From: Bacteroidales bacterium
Lineage (GTDB): Bacteria > Bacteroidota > Bacteroidia > Bacteroidales > GWA2-32-17
NCBI GenBank assembly: GCA_026416095.1
Contig: JAOAFV010000010.1
Span: forward strand, 22,896-86,895
Length of the DNA: 64,000 nt
Reading direction: 5' to 3'
Within the stretch, counting starts at the first letter, position 1. Each line of letters begins with the position of its first letter. Shown here piece by piece: positions 48,249-57,986 of the stretch. Both the position numbers and the translations under genes were made by a program. Under the pieces are notes generated by a model, which was not told the DNA's origin, ran no database searches, and saw only the letters and a list, made by a program, of their open reading frames with translations.

Positions 48249-49567
48249 AACTGATAATTAAAAGAGAATACTTGATAAGAGTTAAAAAGAAATCGTTTAT
48301 TGTAATTACACTTATTGGCCCTTTTTTATTTTCACTTATATTTTTTATTCCAATTATAGTAAACACTTTGGACGAAAATGAATTAAAAATTATAGCAGTA
48401 GTCGACAGTTCAAAAATATTTTACAAATTATTACCTGATAATGAGAAATATAAATTTATTTATCTAAACAAATCATTAAAGGAAGCAGAAAAGGAAATGA
48501 TTAATAAAGGTTATTATGCTGTTATTTTTATACCCTCAACAGTACTAACAACTCCTGTAATTACAATTTCGTCTACCCGGCAACCTTCTTATAATACTCG
48601 ATTATACCTGATTTCAGCTTTTAAAAGTAGAATAGAGGCTTTAAAATTAGTAAAAAATAATGTTGATCCAGAAATTGTAAACTCAATAAAGACAGACGTA
48701 AAGCTTAATATTATAAAACTAAACAAAGATGGGAAAAGGCAAACTAAAACATCTGAATTACAAATTGTAGTTGGTGTAATTGCAGCTGTTCTTATATATT
48801 TTTTCATATTTATGTATAGCTCAATGGTTATGAAAGGAGTAATGGAAGAAAAAGTTAATAGAATTGTTGAAATAATTGCTTCGAGCGTAAAACCTTTTCA
48901 ATGGATGATGGGTAAAATAATTGGAGTAGCTCTTGTTGGGTTAACACAATTTATTAGCTGGGCAACACTTACCGTGTTAATTATTATTTTTGGTGGCTCA
49001 CTCATTGTTGAAAATTTAAATTCATCTAAACTAAATTATAATGAACTAAATAATACAATTAATTCTTCTTATTCAAAGGTTGATTACAAGCCAGAACTTA
49101 ATGATAATTTAACTAAAATTACCGACTTATTTGTTTCTATTGATCTAATTAATTTTCCTTTAATGATTGGCAGTTTTCTTTTTTACTTTATTTTTGGGTA
49201 TTTTATGTATGCATCAATATTTGCAGCAATAGCAGGAGTTGTTGACAACGAAGCCGATACACAACAGTTTATGCTTCCTGTTACTATACCTCTTATTTTA
49301 ACTATGGTATTATTTTCAAACTTAATTACAAATCCAGAAGGTCCAATAGCGTTTTGGCTTTCTATGATACCACTTACAAGCCCCGTTGCAATGATGGTTA
49401 GAATAGCTTTTGGTGTACCTGTATGGCAGTACATAACTTCAGTACTTTTATTAATACTTTCTTTTGTTGTCTCTGTATGGATATCTGGCAAAATATACAG
49501 AGCAGGCTTATTGCTCTATGGAAAAAAAGTTACTTATAAAGATCTTTTAAAGTGGATTAGGCTATAA
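48233..49567 (+). CDS. ABC-2 family transporter permease (NatB-like)
   Basis: 444 aa. One N-terminal TM, a large extracytoplasmic loop, then 5 TM segments. It overlaps the ATPase gene by 16 nt. Confidence 0.75.
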   Translation: MYKKLKLIIKREYLIRVKKKSFIVITLIGPFLFSLIFFIPIIVNTLDENELKIIAVVDSSKIFYKLLPDNEKYKFIYLNKSLKEAEKEMINKGYYAVIFIPSTVLTTPVITISSTRQPSYNTRLYLISAFKSRIEALKLVKNNVDPEIVNSIKTDVKLNIIKLNKDGKRQTKTSELQIVVGVIAAVLIYFFIFMYSSMVMKGVMEEKVNRIVEIIASSVKPFQWMMGKIIGVALVGLTQFISWATLTVLIIIFGGSLIVENLNSSKLNYNELNNTINSSYSKVDYKPELNDNLTKITDLFVSIDLINFPLMIGSFLFYFIFGYFMYASIFAAIAGVVDNEADTQQFMLPVTIPLILTMVLFSNLITNPEGPIAFWLSMIPLTSPVAMMVRIAFGVPVWQYITSVLLLILSFVVSVWISGKIYRAGLLLYGKKVTYKDLLKWIRL

Positions 49568-49570
49568 GTT

Positions 49571-50494
49571 ATGAGGATAGCTGTAATAGATTTAGGTACT
49601 AATACCTTTAATATACTTATTTCAGATGCCTATAATGGTTCTTTTGTAAGTATTTACTCAAAAAAAACAGGAGTTCGTCTTATTAAAGGGGAGGGGTGTT
49701 CTGGAATTATAACAACCGAAGCATTTAACAGAGCACTTGAAACAATAAAAATTTATAAAGAAAAAATAAATTATTATAATGTTGATATCATAAAGCCTAT
49801 TGCTACAGCCGCCTTTAGAGATACAAAAAATGCAAGTTTACTTATTTCTGAAATTGAAAGAATATTGAATACGAAAATAGAAGTAATTGATGGTTTGAAA
49901 GAGGCTTCGTATATTTATGAAGGAGTAAAACATGCTGTTCACTTAAATAGCAATCCTGTAGTAATTGTTGATATTGGAGGGGGTAGTGTAGAGTTAATTA
50001 TTGCTAACGATAAAAAAATATTATGGGCAAATAGTTACAAAATTGGAGTATCAAGAATAATCGAAAAATTTAAGGTATCAGATCCACTAACTCCAAAAGA
50101 AATTATGGACTTATCAAATTTTATTGATAACGAGCTAACAGAATTTCGTGAAGAAGTAAGTAAATATAAGGTAAATACTTTAATTGGTTCTTCTGGATCG
50201 TTCGATTGTTTTGCTAATATTTTAAGCTATCAAATATTTAATAAACCAATCGATAATTCAGCAAAATCAAACGAATTAAATATCATGAAATTTAATAAAC
50301 TTTTGTCTACTTTAATTATATCTTCATATGAGCAAAGAAAACAAATAAGAGGTATAGATGATATAAGAATTGAATTAATTCACATATCTTCATTAATTGT
50401 TAGTGTTATTCTATCGTATTTTAAATGCATTAAATTAATACATTCAAATTATGCAATAAAAGAAGGAATAATATTTAGTTTGTTAAACAACTAA
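49571..50494 (+). CDS. Ppx/GppA family phosphatase (exopolyphosphatase-like)
   Basis: 307 aa with IAVIDLGTNTFNILI and VDIGGGSVELI motifs of the ASKHA fold. Confidence 0.8.
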   Translation: MRIAVIDLGTNTFNILISDAYNGSFVSIYSKKTGVRLIKGEGCSGIITTEAFNRALETIKIYKEKINYYNVDIIKPIATAAFRDTKNASLLISEIERILNTKIEVIDGLKEASYIYEGVKHAVHLNSNPVVIVDIGGGSVELIIANDKKILWANSYKIGVSRIIEKFKVSDPLTPKEIMDLSNFIDNELTEFREEVSKYKVNTLIGSSGSFDCFANILSYQIFNKPIDNSAKSNELNIMKFNKLLSTLIISSYEQRKQIRGIDDIRIELIHISSLIVSVILSYFKCIKLIHSNYAIKEGIIFSLLNN

Positions 50495-50501
50495 AAATTT
50501 A

Positions 50502-51257
50502 CTAATGTGTGAATTTTTTTATTACTGTGTATTTGTCTACAATTATTTTACAAATATATGTTCCATTAGATAAATAATTCAGTTTACATTCAAAATTATT
50601 TAATCCTTTTTTTAGTTTTATTTTCTCTTTATGGATAATTTTTCCTGTTATGTCATATACTAAAATAAAAGCTATGTTAGTTACGAAATCTGGGTAATTT
50701 ATTAAAAAGTTAAAATTGCTGTTATTGTGAATAATATTTACAAAGAACTCATTAGTATTTAAAACATCGACATTGCTACTTTCATGAACTATTAATACAA
50801 GAGATGTATCGTCTACTTGTTCTGGCATTGCTGTTGGTACGCCAAATACCATTATATAAGGTACAACATGTATTTTTAATTGATATATGCCAGGTTGAGA
50901 AGGAGTGCCTTGTAAAATTGCACAGTATCTTGTTAATGGGTTTGTTACTGTAAATTCGCAATTTAAAGGATTACACTGATAATTCATGCCTTGTGGTAAA
51001 TTTTCTACATTTGTAAGTTTAATTTTCGCAATATTAACAGTTTGGCCATTTATTATTGCATTGGCTGGTGGTATAATAGTTAAAACTTGGCTGTAATATT
51101 GATTTACATAAGCATCGGGTAAATCACCGGGACAAACTTCTCCAGGATTATTAATATCGTTACATGTGGGATCAGGTGTACATTGACAATGTAAATAATT
51201 ACTAATAAACAACCCTAATAAAAACCCTGATAAAAGTAAAACCCCTTTCATACCCAA
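50502..51257 (-). CDS. secreted protein with T9SS type-A C-terminal sorting domain
   Basis: 251 aa with a signal peptide and a Cys-rich N-terminus. C-terminus ILVYDITGKIIH...LSNGTYICKI is CTD-like. Confidence 0.55.
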   Translation of the reverse strand: MGMKGVLLLSGFLLGLFISNYLHCQCTPDPTCNDINNPGEVCPGDLPDAYVNQYYSQVLTIIPPANAIINGQTVNIAKIKLTNVENLPQGMNYQCNPLNCEFTVTNPLTRYCAILQGTPSQPGIYQLKIHVVPYIMVFGVPTAMPEQVDDTSLVLIVHESSNVDVLNTNEFFVNIIHNNSNFNFLINYPDFVTNIAFILVYDITGKIIHKEKIKLKKGLNNFECKLNYLSNGTYICKIIVDKYTVIKKFTH

Positions 51258-51363
51258 AAATTTTTCAAATGTATTTAATTTTTTTTAACATAAAAAGAAT
51301 CTTTTTGCAATTTAACATTTTTAAAAATTAGTATATCCGTAAACAAATGTTCTAATATTTTTA

Positions 51364-51900
51364 TTATTTAACGGGGAAAATACCCTTTCCCTTGCTAACA
51401 TATTTTAGTTCCTCGATCGTATAAAAGATATTAGGATCGAATCTATTAATTATGCTTTCTACTTTTTTTATATGTTCTCTATTGATGGTGGTATAAATTA
51501 TTTCTACTTTACCTCTTGTACCAAATGCAGGAACATAGGTTACACCAAATCCTTCGTTTTTTAAATTCTCAATAAGATTAAAGCTCTCGTAAGGTGTAAT
51601 TATTCTTACAATCACATATCCCAAAGCAAGCTTTTCTTCAAGAATCATGCCTATGTAATTGCCGGCAGCAAAACCTAATGAATATCCTAAATAACATGCG
51701 ATATTGTTTGTTTTACTAATAATTTGTCCAATAATTGTTATCCATATTAATACTTCAAAAAAACCAAGTATTGGAGCATACTTTTTTTGTCCTTTAGAAA
51801 TTAATATTATTCTAAGTGTTCCAATTGAAACATCAAATATTCTTGCAAATCCTATCAATAATGGGTATAGTAAATAGTCAATTAAAAAGTTTACGTCCAT
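51364..51900 (-). CDS. DUF2179/YitT-related small membrane protein
   Basis: 178 aa. An N-terminal 3-TM segment with RI.DVSIGTLR, then a C-terminal alpha/beta DUF2179-like domain. Confidence 0.6.
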   Translation of the reverse strand: MDVNFLIDYLLYPLLIGFARIFDVSIGTLRIILISKGQKKYAPILGFFEVLIWITIIGQIISKTNNIACYLGYSLGFAAGNYIGMILEEKLALGYVIVRIITPYESFNLIENLKNEGFGVTYVPAFGTRGKVEIIYTTINREHIKKVESIINRFDPNIFYTIEELKYVSKGKGIFPVK

Positions 51901-51910
51901 TTTTTTTGTG

Positions 51911-51918
51911 CAAATTTA
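51911..51918 (-). promoter_or_regulatory. candidate -7 promoter box (TAAATTTG on minus strand)
   Basis: Minus strand reads TAAATTTGCACAAAAAAAATG, directly upstream of the DUF2179 gene. Confidence 0.4.
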
Positions 51919-52726
51919 TTGAGATATTAGAAAAAAGTTATTGTTTAAAGTTTGTTTAGGTAAAATATAAATAAATTTTTAAAACAAAGTTATATAGTAT
52001 TTTTTTAAGTATTTTTAAAATTTTCGATATCATTAAGTTACCATAAATTATCTTAACTTTATTATTAAATGCCTAAATTTAAGTTAATAAGCTAATTTTT
52101 AATATTACTGCATTAACATATTGCATATCGAAGCATTAATATAGCTTAAACAAAAGACAAAATAGATATTCTTTTTCTTTTTATAATATGGAAATCAAAC
52201 GTATTAAACAATGGCCTTGTAGAACGGTAATTTTCACTCATTTTAGTAAAAATTTTGAAACAGAAATTATCAAATTCGTTCATAAGAATTAATTTGTATT
52301 TATTTTGTAAAATGCTAAACTAAAATTACTCAGTAGTTATCAATGTTTTTTTATATTCACAAAAATCATGAAACAACTTAAATTTATTATTTACTATTTT
52401 AAAGTTGTATAATTTATAAGGTAGATTAGAAAGTCATAGAACTAACAATAAAGTGTAGAATTTTTGTATATATTAATTTTTTTGGCACTAGATATACCTT
52501 TTTTTATAAAAAATCTTTTATATAAACATTATTAGTAATTATACATGAGTTTTTATAATGATTGCTTTTTATATACTTGAAGTATTAGGGTAGAATTTTT
52601 TCGTATTCATTGCAATCAAAATTTACTTTCTTAATGGTAACATAATTTTTTGTTAATTGTTTTTAAAATATTGTAAACATTTCTTGTAAAAAATGATTAT
52701 TGAGGTATAAGAATTATTGTTTCTTC

Positions 52727-53962
52727 TCAATTGGTAAATTTTGCTAAGAGGTTTTTTACAGCATCTTTGTGAACTGTAAAGTACATAATTTTTAGTTTTA
52801 TGTAATTTTCATTCATAAAATAGTAACCAAATTCTTTACTATTTGGATCATTGTTACGCGAACCTGAACTAGAATCTTTTACCAAGTACCACCTTTCTCC
52901 TTTATAATCTGTATAGCCAACAAGATGCATACCATGATCATCAGTGGTAGTATTATTAGAGAATCTGAATTGTCGGGCTTCATCATTAATAAATTGTGGT
53001 GGTATATCAAAATTTGGAATAGTAGCACATTGGGTTTTAGTGTCGAAGCCTGCTTCACTTACATCGCCGCCAATTGCAAGAGTGTAACCATTTTCTATTG
53101 CGTTTCGTAAAGATTGAATGAACTCTTCTAATGGAACATTATAGTAATCTTTGCTTTTCCACCAATTATCGGGTACATCGTATATAACTTTCTTGTAAAA
53201 AGGTTCTTGCATATAAGAAAGAATGTCTACATAATCATCGGGATTTATTTTTAGAATCTCTGTAACAAATTGTTTTGGAGTATACTTTTTCCCTTTCCAC
53301 ATAACTTCTGTTGGTGGTTCTCCAAGGTAATAATTCATTATCGATTTAACTGTGTTTACAACAAATTCTTCGTTCCAGCAATTCGATTCTTTAACCCACT
53401 TTAAAAAAGTTATAATTTCTTCTTTCATTTTTGAATGATCGTGATATTTTCGACCGTTTAATAATCCTGTATACTCCTCGGCAGGCACGCATCCATATTG
53501 TTTTAATATTCTAGTTACGGCATTAGATTCACTTCCTTCGTCGACAAGTGAATTACCTTTAGTTCTTATGTATTCCTTTACTTTTTCTACATATTCCCAA
53601 TAAACTATAAATATTTCACTTAACTTTATTTGCTGACCAGAAATTCTATATATTTCAGATTCATAAAACGATATTGTTGAAAATGCCCAGCAAGTGCCCG
53701 CATTGCCTTGCGATATTGGTTTAAAGTGCCAGTAAGTTTTATATAAATCAAATTTATTTGGTAAATCTTTTCCAGAATAATCTAATTTTAATATTCTTTG
53801 AGGTTTACGAGGATTAATTAACTCTTCTGTATTTTTAATGTCTCTCAATATTTCGTTTTCGTAAAATCCTGGAGTATACTCTCTAAAAATAATTTTGTCT
53901 GGCTTAGTTTGCGAACATATAATAATAGGCAATATTAATAAAATAACTACTAATTTTTTCAT
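52727..53962 (-). CDS. peptidase C1B (aminopeptidase C / bleomycin-hydrolase-like) with signal peptide
   Basis: 411 aa. Catalytic Cys context QGNAGTCWAFS, His context DDHGMHLVGY, N-terminal MKKLVVILLILPIIICSQ. Confidence 0.8.
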   Translation of the reverse strand: MKKLVVILLILPIIICSQTKPDKIIFREYTPGFYENEILRDIKNTEELINPRKPQRILKLDYSGKDLPNKFDLYKTYWHFKPISQGNAGTCWAFSTISFYESEIYRISGQQIKLSEIFIVYWEYVEKVKEYIRTKGNSLVDEGSESNAVTRILKQYGCVPAEEYTGLLNGRKYHDHSKMKEEIITFLKWVKESNCWNEEFVVNTVKSIMNYYLGEPPTEVMWKGKKYTPKQFVTEILKINPDDYVDILSYMQEPFYKKVIYDVPDNWWKSKDYYNVPLEEFIQSLRNAIENGYTLAIGGDVSEAGFDTKTQCATIPNFDIPPQFINDEARQFRFSNNTTTDDHGMHLVGYTDYKGERWYLVKDSSSGSRNNDPNSKEFGYYFMNENYIKLKIMYFTVHKDAVKNLLAKFTN

Positions 53963-53983
53963 ATGTCTTCTGTTTATTTAAAT

Positions 53984-54406
53984 TCATTGAAACGAAACAA
54001 AAGAAGGATTATCTATTTTATTTCCATATTCATCCCAACTAGTTTGCCTTATATTAACATCGTTATCAAATATAATTTCAGCTTTTTTTTGGCCGTTTTT
54101 ATAATAATAAATTGTTAAACCATGTTTTATTCCATTTTTAAAAATACAATACCTTTTTTTTTGCCCGTTTTCGTAATACCATATCCATTCTCCTTCTCTT
54201 AATCCATTTTTTAAATAACCACTTATTCCTACTTTACCATCAGGATAAAATTCCATATATTTTCCCGTATAAGGTAATTTACTGACTTTATCGTAATAAA
54301 TATTATTTTTTACTTCTAATTCTTTATTTGTCTTATAATCTTGTGGAAATACTGACATACATAAAAAAAAGAAAATCAAAATATTAGATATATGATATTT
54401 TATCAT
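53984..54406 (-). CDS. MORN-repeat-variant (YwqK-like) protein with signal peptide
   Basis: 140 aa. Repeated G..EG.W.WYYENGQKK / G..HG....YYKNGQKK units. Confidence 0.65.
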   Translation of the reverse strand: MIKYHISNILIFFFLCMSVFPQDYKTNKELEVKNNIYYDKVSKLPYTGKYMEFYPDGKVGISGYLKNGLREGEWIWYYENGQKKRYCIFKNGIKHGLTIYYYKNGQKKAEIIFDNDVNIRQTSWDEYGNKIDNPSFVSFQ

Positions 54407-54484
54407 TTTTTTATATGCAATTTAGAAAAAAAAAATAAAATATAACAATTTCAAAAAAATATTTTTTGTATGCAACTATATTAA

Positions 54485-54492
54485 TACATTTG
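54485..54492 (+). promoter_or_regulatory. candidate -7 promoter box (TACATTTG)
   Basis: TAnnTTTG match 22 nt upstream of the ATG at 54515. Confidence 0.35.
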
Positions 54493-54514
54493 ACGTCTAA
54501 AAAAAAATTTGAAT

Positions 54515-57500
54515 ATGAATTTTTTTTATTTCTTATTTTTACTCTTTGAAATCAATATCTTATATAGTCAGTATATTGAATTTAATACTCAAACTCAGTT
54601 AACTGTAATTGGAGAAGATATAAATAATATTTTTTTAAAAAATTCGATAGGAAAAATAAATTTTGAACCCATAGAAAAAGAAAACAATCAATTTTTTCGC
54701 TTAAAAGTAGATAATTACATAAACTATGGATATAAAGGTTATCCTTCAGTTCCTATATTAAATAAATTAATTGAGATTCCTTATAATGCAGATATTTTCA
54801 TTGAAGTTATTTCTTACGATGAAGAGATTATTAAGTTAGCAGACAGAGGAATACGTGATCCATTATACCCATATCAGCCATCAGTTAGAAAAGACCAAAC
54901 TAATGTGCCCTTTTATTACAATAAAGAAAGTTATCACGTTAACAAATTTTATTATGATACTTTAGTAAAAGTTAAAAAGTGTGGCATTATAAGAGATAAA
55001 GAAATTGCATTACTGTCGATCTTACCAATTAAGTACAACCCGGTCGAAGGTATTTTAAAAGTATATAAGAATATTACTTTCAAAATTCATTTTAATAACG
55101 TAAACTATGATACTATTTACAAGATTAAACAAAAGTATAATTCTCCCATTTTTTCCGATAACATAAGTAGATTTCTCTTTTATAAACTACCCGAAAAAAA
55201 AGATGCAATTACAACTTATCCTATAAAATACCTAATAATAAGCGATAGAATGTTTGAAAATACTTTGCAACCTTTTATAAATTGGAAGATTAAACAAGGA
55301 TACATAGTACACACTGCATATACCGATCAAATAGGCAACACAACTGGTGCAATAAAGAATTATATACAATCGCAATATAATAATGCAACTCCAGACAATC
55401 CTGCTCCTACTTATGTTTTATTTGTTGGCGATATACAACAAATACCTTCGTACAATGGCACAACGGGAGGACATGTAACCGATTTATATTATCTAACCAT
55501 GAATGGAGCAAGCGATTATTTACCCGATATGTATTCTGGCCGATTTTCGGCAACAACTGTTCAACAATTACAAAATATAATAGAAAAAACTTTGGAATAC
55601 GAACAGTTTACAATGCCCGATTCTTCATATTTACAATATGCATTAATGATTGCTGGTGTCGATGCAACTTATGCTCCAACTTACGGAAATGGTCAAATAA
55701 ATTATGGAAATTTATATTACACTAACGAAAATAATGGAATTATCTCTTATACTTATTTATACGGAAGCGGATCTCCTATTGTATCGAATAGCCCGCAAGC
55801 TGCTCCTGCAATTAAGCAAAACATAAGTAATGGTATAGGCTTTGGAAATTATACTGCTCATTGTAGCTCAAATGGTTGGGCCGACCCTTCTGTTACCACA
55901 AGCGATATACCCAATCTTACAAATAATCATAGATATGGTTTTCTTATAGGAAATTGTTGCCTCTCAAATAAATTCAATGACAATGAATGCTTTGGTGAAG
56001 CACTTTTGAGAGCTCCAAATAAAGGTGCAATTGGTTATATAGGTGGCTCAAATAATACATATTGGGACGAAGACTATTATTATTCGGTTGGAGTAAAGCA
56101 AGTTTCAGCTAATCCGGTTTACGATCCTGCTCATCTAGGTTTTTATGACAGATTATTTCATTTATTCGGTGAAGAAGAATTTAAATGGTTTATAACAGCT
56201 TCGCAAATTAATTATGCTGGTAATCTTGCAGTAGAAGAATCTGGCTCTCCAAGTAATAGATATTATTGGGAAATTTATCATTTAATGGGCGACCCAAGCC
56301 TGATGCCTTATTTAGGAATACCATCATTATTAAGTGCTCAATATCCAACTTCTGTTCCTATTGGAACCCCTTACATTCAAATACAAACTGAACCATATGC
56401 TTATGTAGGGCTCAGCTTGAATAATAGTTGGATTGCAGCAGGTTATTCAGGAAGCCAAGGAATTGTTAATCTTAACATATCGTCGGTTGTTATGCCTTGT
56501 ACACTTGACATAGTTATTACTAAACAAAATAGAATTCCTCATTTTGGGAATGTTATTCTTGTTCCATCAAATACACCTTTTGTAATACAACATAATTATA
56601 CGTTTTATGATTATGGTGTATTGTCGAATTCAATTGCCGATTATTCAGAAATTATTTATTTAAATCCAATCTTTAAAAACTTGGGGCAAGAAACTGCTTA
56701 TAACCTCAGTGCTAAGTTAAAAACCAATAATGTATATGTAGAATTGATCGATTCTACCGTAATTATTGGCAATTTAGGACCTCAACAAGTAGTTCAAATA
56801 GATAGTGCATTTGCATTTAAAATTGACACACTTATACCAGATCTCACTCCTGTGCATTTTACAGTTATAGTACAAGATAGTAACGAAAATACATGGATAA
56901 CAAATTTTGTGCTACACTTAAATGCACCTATAATAAAAATTATGGATTATTACATTGATGACTCACAATATGGTAATAATAATGGCCGACTCGACCCAGG
57001 AGAAACAGTATATTTAAACATAGAAATAGCAAATGCCGGTCATAGCTTATCTTCAAATGGTGTTGGAATACTTACCAGTAATTCGCCTTACGTGTTTATA
57101 AATAATTATGTTACATCGATTAATCAAATATTGCCATCAAGTTCAACGTTAGCTCAGTATGAATTAAATATAAGTGTTTCAACACCTATTGGCAGTTATG
57201 TCCCTTTTAATTTTGTTGTTGACGCAAATGGGTATGGCGATATCAGAACATTTAATTTGCCTGTAGGATTAATAATAGAAGATTTTGAAACAGGTAATTT
57301 TAATAGCTATAACTGGGATACTGTTAATTATGGCGATGCACCATGGATTATTATTAGCGGAAATAACATTTTTGAAGGTAATTATTCGGCTCGAAGTGGT
57401 TATATTTCGCATGGTACTTATTGGCAAAACTCTAAGTCCGATTTACATATTCTAATTACAACAACATCAAGCGATACTTTATCTTTTTATCGACGAGTAT

Positions 57501-57979
57501 CTTCGGAACTAAATTACGATTTCTTACAATTTATTGTTGATGGCAATATTATTTACCAATGGAGTGGAGAAATACCATGGGCAAGAGTAACTTATTATTT
57601 ACTACAAGGTACCCATAATATAATTTGGCGTTATACTAAAGATTTCTCTGAGTCGGCCGGTGAAGATGCTGGATTTATTGACTATATTACTTTTCCGCCC
57701 CTCTTAAGTTCATCTACTTCAGAAGAAAAACCAGTTTCATATATAATTGTATATCCAATTCCATTCGACGATATGTTATTTATAAAAAATAACATAAGTT
57801 CAAAGTGGATTTATGTTAACTTATATAATACACTCGGTCAAAAAATTTATGAAAAAAAATTTGAAGGAAATACTAATATTGCTCTCGACTTATCGAATAT
57901 AAATAGTGGTACTTATGTGCTTAAAATAGACATAGGAAATAAAGAGTATAATTATAGAATTATAAAATTGAAAAAATAA
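54515..57979 (+). CDS. peptidase C25 (gingipain-like) T9SS cargo
   Basis: About 1154 aa (the ORF-track TTG at 54509 is also possible). His context NYTAHCSSNGW (His codon 55859..55861). Cys context FLIGNCCLSNKF (55955..55960). Also CARDB-like repeats, a jelly-roll-like IEDFETGNF...W domain, and a C-terminal CTD (VNLYNTLGQKIY...SGTYVLKI). Confidence 0.8.
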   Translation: MNFFYFLFLLFEINILYSQYIEFNTQTQLTVIGEDINNIFLKNSIGKINFEPIEKENNQFFRLKVDNYINYGYKGYPSVPILNKLIEIPYNADIFIEVISYDEEIIKLADRGIRDPLYPYQPSVRKDQTNVPFYYNKESYHVNKFYYDTLVKVKKCGIIRDKEIALLSILPIKYNPVEGILKVYKNITFKIHFNNVNYDTIYKIKQKYNSPIFSDNISRFLFYKLPEKKDAITTYPIKYLIISDRMFENTLQPFINWKIKQGYIVHTAYTDQIGNTTGAIKNYIQSQYNNATPDNPAPTYVLFVGDIQQIPSYNGTTGGHVTDLYYLTMNGASDYLPDMYSGRFSATTVQQLQNIIEKTLEYEQFTMPDSSYLQYALMIAGVDATYAPTYGNGQINYGNLYYTNENNGIISYTYLYGSGSPIVSNSPQAAPAIKQNISNGIGFGNYTAHCSSNGWADPSVTTSDIPNLTNNHRYGFLIGNCCLSNKFNDNECFGEALLRAPNKGAIGYIGGSNNTYWDEDYYYSVGVKQVSANPVYDPAHLGFYDRLFHLFGEEEFKWFITASQINYAGNLAVEESGSPSNRYYWEIYHLMGDPSLMPYLGIPSLLSAQYPTSVPIGTPYIQIQTEPYAYVGLSLNNSWIAAGYSGSQGIVNLNISSVVMPCTLDIVITKQNRIPHFGNVILVPSNTPFVIQHNYTFYDYGVLSNSIADYSEIIYLNPIFKNLGQETAYNLSAKLKTNNVYVELIDSTVIIGNLGPQQVVQIDSAFAFKIDTLIPDLTPVHFTVIVQDSNENTWITNFVLHLNAPIIKIMDYYIDDSQYGNNNGRLDPGETVYLNIEIANAGHSLSSNGVGILTSNSPYVFINNYVTSINQILPSSSTLAQYELNISVSTPIGSYVPFNFVVDANGYGDIRTFNLPVGLIIEDFETGNFNSYNWDTVNYGDAPWIIISGNNIFEGNYSARSGYISHGTYWQNSKSDLHILITTTSSDTLSFYRRVSSELNYDFLQFIVDGNIIYQWSGEIPWARVTYYLLQGTHNIIWRYTKDFSESAGEDAGFIDYITFPPLLSSSTSEEKPVSYIIVYPIPFDDMLFIKNNISSKWIYVNLYNTLGQKIYEKKFEGNTNIALDLSNINSGTYVLKIDIGNKEYNYRIIKLKK

Positions 57980-57986
57980 TTTTAGT

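Noticed and set aside
52188-52292. 34-codon ORF (MEIKRIKQWPCRTVIFTHFSKNFETEIIKFVHKN) in the 826-bp spacer.
   Set aside because: It is too short and has no promoter box, signal or family resemblance to support calling a gene. It is mentioned only under the spacer finding.
52483-52488. TGGCAC hexamer in the long spacer, considered as a sigma-54 (-24) element because rpoN is encoded in the window.
   Set aside because: The required -12 TTGC element is absent at the N5 spacing (the sequence continues TAGATATACC). No gene start follows within a reasonable distance on that strand.
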